Below, piece by piece: positions 53,477 through 64,000 of a stretch of DNA of 64,000 nucleotides. The first letter of the stretch is position 1. Each line of letters opens with the position of its first letter. The stretch spans positions 35,836,001 to 35,900,000 of the forward strand of contig NC_087246.1 in assembly GCF_037042905.1 (NCBI RefSeq), written 5' to 3'. The position numbers and the translations under genes were made by a program. The notes under the pieces are model-generated. The model was given only the letters and a program-made list of their open reading frames with translations, was not told the DNA's origin and did not search any database. The stretch is from Lytechinus pictus. Its lineage: Eukaryota.

Positions 53477-54070
53477 AGGGGAAACCAACCCAAATAAAAA
53501 CTTGTTTTTCTAAGGAAAAGAAATATCTGACAAGTTAATAGGTGAAAGTTTGAACAATATTGGACAAACAACAAGAAAGTTATGAATTTTTAAAAGTTGT
53601 AAATATTGGTCATCACTATACCCATGGAGACTTCAAATTGGCCGCATATGGGATGTCATAGTGATGTAAGGCAAGGACTACTCTTCCATGTACTCCAATG
53701 CATATTATGGCTAAAATTACATTTTTCCCAAAAGTTTTATTTCAAATTATATTTTTCTTTCATGAGGACATAAAACAAAATACTTCCTGGGTTATATTTA
53801 GATTACTGCCCCAGGGGAATGGGTACTTAGGAGAAAACCACAAATCCCTGATAATAAAGTACATGGCCAATGGAAAAGGTGTCCTTGCCCCTTGTCATAA
53901 TTTACTTACCCAGTTGCCAATTTGAAATCTACATAGTATTAGTGATCTCAATTTTAAAGCAGCTATAACTTTCTTATTGCTTGTCCGATTTCTTTCAAAC
54001 TTTCACCATTCTGTTTAATCCTTTTTCTCCTTCCCAACGCAACATTTTATGGCCAAGGCTGGATTCCCCT
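53477..54070. mobile_element. TTAA-duplicating non-autonomous DNA transposon (second family)
   Basis: TTAA|AGGGGAAACCAACC...GGCTGGATTCCCCT|TTAA; empty site tgtaTTAAag near 27057 and 41663. Confidence 0.88.
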
Positions 54071-55937
54071 TTAATACATAAAAGTTAACAAGTGGGTATA
54101 CTGGATTATTTTTGTTATTGCATTGATCAAAGACAGATCCAAAACTGCTAAAAGCATTATACATTGCACTATCCTTAGAGCTAGATTGTGTGCATAATCC
54201 AGTCAAAAGTGACATCTAGTACCATCAGTGGTGTAACGAGTGGCACGTGCCCCCCCCCCCCCCCCCAAAAAAAAAAAAAAAAAAAAAAATTATAGTAAAA
54301 ATAATAATAATAAATAAATAAATAAAAAGAATAAAAGATTTTTAAAAAATATTGAATTAAAATTGAAATTGAAATTGAAACTTTATTTATTACCGCAATC
54401 TTCATAAAAAACATACAAATCAAGAAGTATAAATATTTCAATAAAATACATTATAACAAAAGTGAGTATATTTAAGAATAGTGGAAGGATCACTGAAAAG
54501 TTACAAGGAACTTATAAATTAGTGATCCTGAAATTAACAGGTAAAATAAAGTAAATTAAAATAAAGTAAAATTAAATAAAGTAAAATAAAATTAAAACGG
54601 GGGAAAGGGAGAGAAAGACCGGGAAAGAAAAAGATTAGCTTGGGGCCTATGTGTTCACTCCTCCCGGAGCACGCATTGCCTGTTAAATTCCATACATATT
54701 TCCCTTCCAAGGGGATTAAATGGCGCTTAAAACATTCCGTTTTCAAATCGATATCAAATGTTTCTCCTCGCGCTTCGAACTCTCGTTATTTTATTCAGTG
54801 ACATACGCATCTTTTTTATGATTACTAAGTGCTTAAAAATGTTCCCTTTTTAGGATTGAATATAAAAAAAAAATCAGCTCGCGCTTCGTGCCCGCCTTTG
54901 TTTATTATAAAGATTAATTTCTAAAGACAGCCCTTTCAAAATGTCAAAATTTTTAAAAAAAATTTCAGCTTACGCTTCGCGCTCGAGTAATTTGATTAGT
55001 GAAACACCGTGATCTTCATGAATTCTTAAACAGTCCTTAAAATGTGTCCCTTTTCGAATCCTGTATAATTTTATCTTCTTCTTCTTCTTCTGGAAACAGT
55101 ACAGTCCACCGTCTGGTGTATTGTCGTACTGGTGATCATTTATATCAAATAGTTTTATTCATAATACTATGAATTGATATTCATTTATCATACTGTTGCT
55201 TTATAAGGAGGAACGTACACATAAAACGTAAAGTAATTGACATCGATATAAGAAATAAAAGATTATGGTCATCTTAACCGCGGCTCTGACACACCATCCG
55301 TTAAATCATCATTGATTCTAAAAGAAAAAGAACGACATAAGACCTCTTTGTATATTCCCATTTCTTCATAATGATTCATAATAGACTAAAACACCAGTCA
55401 ATTCGCTGTATTTTCAAATGAAAACATGGAAACAAGAAATCTGTCGCCAAATGACTCTCATTGTTTCGTTTAGTGTCAAAGGTAAAGGAAACAAGATAAT
55501 TAATAGACCGTGTCAAGTACATTTAGGTGAGAGAGAAAGAGAAAGAGAGGGGGGTCCTTGGATCTCAATACAAACGTATTAGTTGGTCGTTTACTCGTTT
55601 TGTTTGTTTATTCTTTTTATTTTAACCTTTCAAATGGTTAACTTCCTCTTAATGGTATAGATATTAATTACGCATATAATTAGAAACGAAAATCGTAATG
55701 ACAGTTTTACCTATCACAAACAAATTACGCAAAATGTCCTTTTGTTCAAATCTTAAACTGTCATAATTATCATATCATATTGTAATCTCGCAATCGTGAA
55801 AGACAAACATTTCCTACCTAAATTTTGATTATGTCGAAATACTATAAAAGGGGAAAAATACAGTCATTAATCACTCACCCATCAGCATTCGAAATACCTT
55901 TTTTTTTCAAAGCTCTTGACTCAGCAAAACTCCTGAA

Positions 55938-57866
55938 ATGGCTCAATCGGTAAGTACAATCTTATTTTTCCAATTATTCCAGCAGAAACTGTTTAAACTG
56001 CGTAAACCTGATTTAGTTTTAACTGGATATAATAAGAAAAAAAGAATGAATTTGATGACATGGATTTTGAATTCTTTCTGAAAATGTTGACAGTGAAATA
56101 GAAATAGATATCTGTATTATACCAAAACAGAGGTTTTTTATGATCTCACAATTCGGGGTATACCTTTATGGTTTTGTCCGCCAATGGTATATGCTATTAA
56201 ATTCCATTTATTTTAATCATTAGGTTTATAATCTTTGAATTCCTTCAATTTTACAATTTTTATATTTTTTATGTTATATCTTTTTTTATTCCATTCAATT
56301 ATCACTCTTCATCCTGTTTTATTTTATTACTTATTTTGCTCATTTATTCCTTTCCCTTTTTTGGGGGTTGTTATTTCTCTTCCGAGATCTATTTGTAAAG
56401 AAATAAAGTCTAATTTTAATGAACAAGGGAACTGACCCGAAAAGATCCTTAAAGTTGTTTCCAAAAAGACAGTCTTACCTAAATTTCAATTAATTCTTTG
56501 ATTATTTACGTTATCATTTAAACTATGATGTTAGTCAGTTAGAGTATACAAATGAATTGAATATTTTATTTATTTTCCTTTCTACAGGTAAAAACATTCT
56601 GCGTTTGTTTGTGTCTCGTTGCAGTTTTTGCGATGGCAGTCAAAGGTATATATTTTTTTAATTTTTCATTTAAAAATCAATAGAGAAAAAGAGGGATTTA
56701 TCGAAATTTGCAGATATATTTCTCATTTGGGTATATATCATGATCAGTTTGAAATCGCTTTTATATATGATACATGTATGTTTGGGGGATGTTAATTTTT
56801 TTTCCACATTACACAACAAAACTTGTAAATTTGTTCATTTTGGTGCAATAATTTTGGTTTTATCATGATGGTGCAGATCATTATTGCACAATATAAATCA
56901 TAGGTTTGTTACAGTGGCGTACAGACGGGGGGGGGTTCTTGGAACGCTTGCTACCCTCATTTTTTTTACGAACAAGACAAAAAGGAAAGGAAAGAAAGAG
57001 AGTTGGATGAAATATATTATTTTCTTAATATTATGTCAAAATCTATCACAAAATAGGAATTTGAGAATAAAAATGACGACACTTTTGCTCTCTCGCTTCG
57101 CTCGCTCGAAACTTTTATATATATAAAAAAAATTCCCGATACGCCATATCTTGCCACCTCAATTTTTTTGGCTTAAATCTCCACTGGTTATTTATTTGTG
57201 TTACTGGTAAATTCAACGAAAAATCATGATTTGATAATTTCCTTCATTTTTAGCACAAACTACCGATCGCACTGCACAGTTTGAAGCCCTATGTGACAGA
57301 TACAGGCAGGTGGTTGACACGTGTGAAGAAGACCTAAGAGGACTTCTTACTCTTACTGAACAGGAATTGTTTGATGGAACTGAGAATAATATGGTGTGTC
57401 TGGTAAAGGAAGGAGAACAGAATAGCGCTGAAGCCTGTGAAATCTTGGAAAAAATTTGCCTTGAAGTTGTCGACTGTTCCTCTACAGGTAAGTATCTTCA
57501 AATCTCCTAATGCCATATATAACGATTTTTTTAAGTACTTTTGTTGACACTCTGTGATATCGTCCAAAACATTTATTTATTTATGTAATGCAAAATATCC
57601 CTCTTCTTAATAAAACAAACGAAAGTTATCATAATCTCTCCATTTTCCGAAATATGAAAAAAACGATCTATGATATTTCAAAGTAATTAGACATTATCCT
57701 TAAATATATATCAATGTTTACATGATATGTATTTCGATTAATCATAAGAGTTTCTTCGTATGTTAATAATGAATGTAATTATATTTCGTTACTTGCAGCT
57801 CGTTTTAGACGTTCTTCGTCTGTCTCTGCCGAATCGTCATCCGTTGAATCAAGTGAAACAGACTGA
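55938..57866 (+). CDS. Secreted six-Cys acidic protein precursor, copy 9 (subtype B, in inverted block), 123 aa
   Basis: join(55938..55949,56588..56645,57254..57487,57799..57866); variants DGTENN, CLVKEG and NSAEAC. Confidence 0.92.
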
Positions 57867-59355
57867 GGAGGTCATCGAAGGTCAATGGTCGAAACACAGT
57901 ACCCATCTTTGCCTTGAGTCGTAGTGTGTACGAAAATCACTTTTTCATTCTACTTTAATATAAAAAAAAAATTAAGAGTCTCTTTCATTCACTAATATCT
58001 ATTTGAATAAAATTCTAACAAAATATTGAAAAATCTAATAATTTGCCTCATAAGTTTGATTATTTGGATTGTTGGAGAAAGGTAATTGGAAGTTGAAAAG
58101 TGAAAAAAAATACGTAAGTAAACATAATTCATTGATAGAAAAAATGAAAAAAAGAAGAAGATTATTTTGTAAATAAGGTTGATTGTGAGACCCCTTCCAC
58201 GGGAACTAGGGGAGTTATCAGGGGGTTCCATATACAAATGCTTCTAATATCATGTTGGTGTATAGTGCAAAGAAATGAAATGATAATGAGAATTTCTTTC
58301 GCCAGCTAGAGTCAAGATGCAAGAGAGCCTAGATAAAAAGACAGTGTGTGTGGGTGTGTGCACATGTGTATAAGGGTGGCGCGTGTGTGTATGTGTGAGA
58401 GAGGGAGAAGAGGGAAGAAAGAGGTACCTCATGTACCTCTTTTTCAGATTTCCCCCTTTATTTTACATATTTCGCATCATCTCCTCCTGACCTTGACATA
58501 TGTGGTGTGAATTATATTTTCCCATGACATTATGCTCATAAAATAGGGAAAATCTGAAAAAAACGTGTACAAAACAAATGGAGAGTTGTCCACAAAAACT
58601 GAAACGTATTTAAATTGTTCCTCTTATTTTACTCTTTCCAATAAGATTGCTTCTCATCTTGGTTTTGGTTTCCTTTAAAAGAGAGGGATAAAATATAAAT
58701 AATTTGAGAGACAACCTATATAATGGCATATATATGGCAGTTATGTGCGCGATGAAGAGCTGAAATAATACACAAGGAAGAGTGAAAAGCTAATGCATGA
58801 TTATGCGATAGGTGGGTGCGTTCTATCTGTGTGTGGGTGTGTGTGAGATAGAGAGTTAAAGAGATAGGCAGACAGGAATAAGAGAGAGATACGTGGAAAG
58901 AGAAAGATGGAAGATGATATGAATAGAACGAAGAGAGATGGGGGAATGTGGGAAAGTACCACAAAGGGAGGGAGAGAGAAAGTAAAAGAGAGAGATCAGG
59001 CATACAATCCTTCATGTAACTCAGAACACAAGTAAATATAAAAGATGTTATCCGGTCTATATGGTCTCTTGATCCTCATTATTTTTCAATATTATCCAAA
59101 ATACGTCAAACGGCATTCAGTAATACCTGTGGCGACTAAAGCAACAGTAAGGAACTACTATTTGCTTTGATATTGCTCTCTTTTGAAATACTTTCTCAAA
59201 TTAATTTTTCCATTTTTTTCTTCAATAGGCAATTTCAATTTTTTTATTTTCTTTACTAAAAAATACGATAATGTTTTTAAATCAATCACCTAAAAGAGTT
59301 GATATTTCTTTTCTATTGCAACACCATCTAAAACGATTTCACCTTTTTATAATAT

Positions 59356-59916
59356 GCTTTTCACACTGGACATATTTTCCTTAACCCCGGGAAATTGATT
59401 GGGCTAAAGGGGGGGGGTCTTAGCCCCCCCCCCCCCCCCCCCCAAATTTACCCCGGGGTTAAACTTAGCCCACTTCGGTTTCACACTACGTTTTAGCATG
59501 GACCTACAATAATATTGTTTTAGCAAAGTGGACTAGTACGGTATCGTACTATCTGGTCCTGCAAAAAAGCGGGGTTAACCGGCTTATTGCGGTGCTAGCA
59601 CCAACGAATTGGTATTTCTGTGGCTAGCACCACAATTGCGGTGCTAAGAAATGCAGTATGAACGAAACGAGGCTAAGGAAATGTGGGGCTAAGCATTAGC
59701 CAATCACAGAAGTCGAAATTGCACGTCAATCACGCTCTGTGTGGGAAATCATCAATATTCATGAGCTGTGCGATAGTCCGGGGTTAAGGCGTTAACCCCG
59801 GCTCAGCAAATAGTATGGGATTAAGAAAGACAGTGTGAATAATTTATTTTAAAAAAAGGTATGGGGTTGAGGATAGTCCGGCATTAAGGATAGTACAGAA
59901 ACGCAGTGTGAAAAGC
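59356..59916. mobile_element. GCTTTTCACACTG MITE (inverted block)
   Basis: Terminal inverted repeats; reverse complement of 36037..36786 without its internal insertion. Confidence 0.75.
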
Positions 59917-60618
59917 GTATATTTTTGGTTCATAAACCGCAGTTGCCACTAGTCTTGAGTGAGCTCATGGTACATGTCCACTCTACAACAAGTTAATTCC
60001 AAGAAAGAGAGAAAAATTTAAGAAGCACGACACCGACAATTTCATGACAATCTGGTTTAAAATCGATTTAACACTAGTTTTCATCCCTTTCTATTTTAGC
60101 TAATTATCTTTTTTTTTTATCATTATTAATACTATTTGTTCATGTAGATAGTATTTGATAGTATTCAGAAAACGATGTGATGAATTCGCAGAACAAACTG
60201 GCATTGGCCAAGCGTTCGACACGTAATATTATTTTTTGCAGGAGTTTTCGATACTATTAATTATTATATTACTGTTAAGATCAAACTTGTGGGTTGCCAT
60301 TTGGTTGGTTCAGGAATAATCGGAGAAAGACTGAAAGAGAGCACAGTTTGTCTAGCATGATGGTATCACTTCTTTCGTGATAAGCTCTTGTGGTGTCCCA
60401 AAGCAAGGCTTTGTTTCGGGGTGAATTAAACAAAAATGTATACAGTGAGCAACATAATTATTCATAACCCCAAATTGCAGGATTGTAAACAAATTCTTCT
60501 ACAAAATAAAAGCTGAATTAAGGTTACCTGTACCATTTGTAACTATATAGAAACTACAAATTATACGAAAAGTATAATCTTATATTTGGGTTCAATGAGA
60601 TCAATCCTTTATCTTTAA

Positions 60619-61220
60619 AGGTCAAGTCCACCCCAGAAAATTGTTGATTTGAATCGATAGAGAAAAATCAAACAAACATAACGCTGCAAATTTCATCAAA
60701 ATCGGATGTAAAATAAGAAAGTTATGACATTTTTAAGTATCGCTTATTTTTCATAAACCCGTTTATGCACAACTCAGCGATATACAAATGAAAGAGTCGA
60801 TGATGTCCATCACTCACTATTTCTTTTGTTTTTTATTGTTTGAATAATACAATATTTCAATTTTTACAAATTTGACATTAAAGACCAACTTAACCTAACC
60901 AAAAACTGTTAAAATAATGGTAATTCCACATGTTCAGGGAGAAATAAAACTTTGTTTCACTTGACAAGGAGGAGAAAATTAGAATATTTCATATTTCATA
61001 TAAGAAAATACAAAAGAAATAGTGAGTGGGTGACGTCATCAGTGTGCCAATTTGCATACCGACCAGAATGTGCTTATAACTGTTTTGTGAAATTAAGCGA
61101 AACTTTAAAATGTCATAACTTTCTTATTTTACATCCGATTTCGATGAAGTTTTCAGTTTTTTGCGTGTTGGATTTTCTCCTTTTTTTCAAATCAACATTT
61201 TGTTGGGGTGGACTTGTCCT
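60619..61220. mobile_element. TTAA-duplicating DNA transposon, inverted paralog of the 34409 insertion
   Basis: TTAA|AGGTCAAGTCCACCCC...GGGGTGGACTTGTCCT|TTAA. Confidence 0.9.
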
Positions 61221-61388
61221 TTAACATGGGGGAGAAGAATACATTTTACACACACACACCAACACAAATAGAACACACCCACCTATTGCATACTCATGCA
61301 TTAGCTTTTCCACTCTTCCTTTTGTATTATTTCAGCTATTCATCGCGCACACCCACCTGACTCACTGCCACCCCCTCACTCTATAATA

Positions 61389-61761
61389 GGCCGATTTATT
61401 TAGCAATTTTCGCAACATTTTTCAACCTGCTGTCCAAACGAACGAAGAATTTGCTTTGTGGTAATACTAAAGTACTACTGGGTAGACATGCAAAAAAAAA
61501 CCAACAAAAATATGTAGTCCATAGGTGAATTAGAGCCTAAAACGTTGCGTGTCGTACGGGACATTTCTGCGTCCCGCACGACACACAACATTTTCACCTA
61601 TAATTTACCTATAATCATTTTTTTGTGTTGGTTATCAGTTTTTCACATGACTACCCACTATAGCTTTATCATTGACAAAAATGAATATTTTATTGCTCAA
61701 GCATTCGGCTAGAAATCTAGAAATTGTCAAAATGTCCCGTACGACAAGTATGGAATCGCCC
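61389..61761. mobile_element. GGGCGATT MITE (inverted block)
   Basis: Reverse complement of 44699..45086 with AATA flanks. Confidence 0.78.
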
Positions 61762-62089
61762 AATAGCTTGTCTCTCAAATTATTTATATTTCATCCCTCT
61801 CTTTTAATTCTCATGTACCTCTCCCCCCCTCTCTCTCTCTCTCACCCTTATTACACAGGTGCACACACCCACATACACTCTCTTTTTATCTAGGCTCTCT
61901 AGCATCTTGACTTTAGGTGTCGAAAGATATTCCCATTATTTCCTTTCTTGCACTATTCTCCAACATGATATAAGGAGCATTCTTTATATGGAACCGCCTG
62001 GTATCTCCCCTAGTTCACGTGGAAGGGGTCTCACAATCAACCTTATTTACACAATATTTTTTTTCATTATTTTCTCTCAATGAATTATG

Positions 62090-62364
62090 TTTACTCACGT
62101 TTTTTTTTCAAATTTTCAACTTCCAATTACCTTTATCCAACAATACTACCAAAAATAATCAAAATTATGAATAACTGAGGCAAATTATTACATTTTTCAA
62201 TATTTGTTAGAATTTTATTTAAATATATTAGTGAATGGAAGACACATAAAAAGAAACAAGCAGCATCTTAAATAGTTACTTTATATAAAAGTCGAATGAA
62301 GAAGTGATCTTCATACACATTACGACACTCGAGGCAAATATGGTATACTGTGTTTCAACCTTTG
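62090..62364 (-). other. 3' UTR/downstream flank of a tenth (subtype A) copy, interrupted by an insertion just after the expected stop codon
   Basis: Reverse complement matches A-type 3' UTR (caaaggttgaaacacagtat...gcctcgagtgtcgtaatgtg). Homology stops at 62364, about 18 nt short of the TGA. Confidence 0.75.
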
Positions 62365-62820
62365 CATGGGCGGAAATCTCTCCTTGAAGGTAGGGGGGAC
62401 ACAATTGAGTTTTCCGTGTTTATGTTATACAGAATTACTAACTCAAACACACACACACATACATATGTATATATATATAACCAAAGTATATGTATATATA
62501 TATATTTATAGCCATTTTTAGAAGAGGGTAGGTTTTCCTAACTAAAGATGAAAGGCCTCATTAAATAATGCGAGCGCGAAGCGCGAGCCCAAATATGTTG
62601 ATATTTCATAAATTGTGACCTGGAAATTAAACATTCTGAACATTTTTTGTGATCATGAACTAAATTCGAACCTACCTAAACCATTAATGCGAGCGCGAAG
62701 CGCGAGCTGAAAGTTTTTGGTTTTCCAACCTAAAAACTAGACATTCGTAACACTTTTTCAAATCATGATCAGGATAGGAATTCAACGCGAGCTGAAATCT
62801 TTTGATTTTCCAACCTAAAA
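62365..62820. mobile_element. Insertion beginning CATGGGCGGA with GCGAGCGCGAAGCGCGAGC subrepeats, itself interrupted by the LINE
   Basis: Breaks the A-type 3' UTR at 62364; repeated motif near 62570, 62689 and 62786; related degenerate motifs at about 8980-9200. Confidence 0.6.
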
Positions 62821-64000
62821 TTATTTATTTATTTATTTTGTTTTATTTATTTTATACTGCAGGGTAGGCCTGTTCAGTTCTTAAAACTGCTTTACAAAGG
62901 CGCCCTGCAGTTTAAAATACATGTCAAGATAACTATGAACAACAACAACAAACAACATCAAAAATACAAAATACAAAATATCTAACATCAGAAACAATTA
63001 ACACCAAAATATAGAGTGGGAAGTGACAATTTAAACATACATAGCATTGTAAATCAAAGGAATATCATTTCGCTCTTTATCAATTCGTATGAAAGGCTTT
63101 GCATAATTTTTTAAAAACTAACAAGGAGGTACAAACTTGTAAATTTGAAGGAAGTGCATTAAATAATTTGGGTCCGACATATGCGAAAGATTTTCTTTTA
63201 TGTTCAATTCTAGCTTTGGGAAGCTGAAGGGGGCATCGTAAAGAATACCGTGTCCTGTATTTCACGGGCCGTTTACATACTAAAGGTTTTAAACAATTTG
63301 GAACTAAATCATTCATTATTTTATATACAAGAACACAATACTGATATTTTATACGCTGATCTACTGATTGCCACTTCAGTGACTGCAACAAAGAAATTTG
63401 TGATGTATTATAATCTTTTTTCAAAAGCATTCTGGCATATTTATTTTGAAGTTTTTGTATCTTATCTAAATGTATTTTTGCACTGCTTCCCCAAGATGTA
63501 ATACAGTAATCAATGTAAGGTAAAACCATAGAAAAGTACAGCTTCTTCATAATATCAAAGGACAGTAAGTGCTTAATCCGCCTTACACAACCTATTGCCC
63601 GAGATATTTTACAAACGATATTAGTAATATGTTCGCACCAAGTCAAGCCCGGATCGAGCATGACACCTAAGTATTTAATCTTTTTTACATTTTCTAATTG
63701 TATGTTCCTGAATTTCACTGACAAATGAGCACCCCTCAACTTTTTCTTTTGACCAAATACCATGGCTTTTGTTTTTTGCGGGTGTAAATGCATATTATTT
63801 AAGTCTAGCCACTTACTTATTGAATCAAAATCATCTTGCAAATACTTTTGTACCTCCTTAATTGATTCACCGTGATTAAAAATGGCGGTATCATCAGCAT
63901 AAAGAGACATTTTAGAATCTACATGCAATTTCAAATTACACATGTCATTAATAAAAATACAAAATATCAATGGACCCAGTATAGATCCTTGTGGGACACC
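62821..64000 (-). mobile_element. L2/CR1-group LINE 3' portion with 3' UTR stem-loop and (TAAA)n tail
   Basis: RT ORF, then CTGCAGGG...CCCTGCAG inverted repeat (about 62857-62910) and (TTTA)n on + strand at 62821-62855. Confidence 0.88.
63080..64000 (-). CDS. Non-LTR retrotransposon ORF2, C-terminal reverse transcriptase region (L2/CR1 group), 5' end outside window
   Basis: GVPQGSILGPLIFCIFINDM, LYADDTA, KYLGVMLD..LTW..HI and later motifs typical of this group; frame open to the window edge. Confidence 0.95.
   Translation of the reverse strand, partial: GVPQGSILGPLIFCIFINDMCNLKLHVDSKMSLYADDTAIFNHGESIKEVQKYLQDDFDSISKWLDLNNMHLHPQKTKAMVFGQKKKLRGAHLSVKFRNIQLENVKKIKYLGVMLDPGLTWCEHITNIVCKISRAIGCVRRIKHLLSFDIMKKLYFSMVLPYIDYCITSWGSSAKIHLDKIQKLQNKYARMLLKKDYNTSQISLLQSLKWQSVDQRIKYQYCVLVYKIMNDLVPNCLKPLVCKRPVKYRTRYSLRCPLQLPKARIEHKRKSFAYVGPKLFNALPSNLQVCTSLLVFKKLCKAFHTN

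Overview
AT-rich eukaryotic (animal) genomic DNA. The repeat landscape looks like a sea urchin or other echinoderm (inference from motif style, not a database match). The main content, largely invisible in the ORF track because it is spliced, is a tandem and inverted array of a four-exon gene for a small secreted protein that I do not recognise. Coding exons are 12, 58, 234 and 68-83 nt with canonical GT-AG introns. The 123-128 aa precursor has a 24-aa signal peptide, an acidic domain with six invariant Cys (C-x9-C-x24-C-x12-C-x6-C-x5-C), an invariant RFRR convertase site and a Ser/Glu-rich tail. There are eight intact copies, one copy lacking exon 1 and promoter, the 3' UTR of a tenth copy at the right edge, and promoter-like sequence of a further copy at the left edge. 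Copies fall into two subtypes, here called A and B, arranged as head-to-head B(-)/A(+) pairs. The pair is the amplified unit and has been remodelled by a deletion, unequal crossover and an inversion that made a chimeric gene. Spacers and introns carry many non-autonomous DNA transposons, LINE 3' fragments, a probable solo LTR, and the reverse-transcriptase end of an L2/CR1-group LINE at the right edge.
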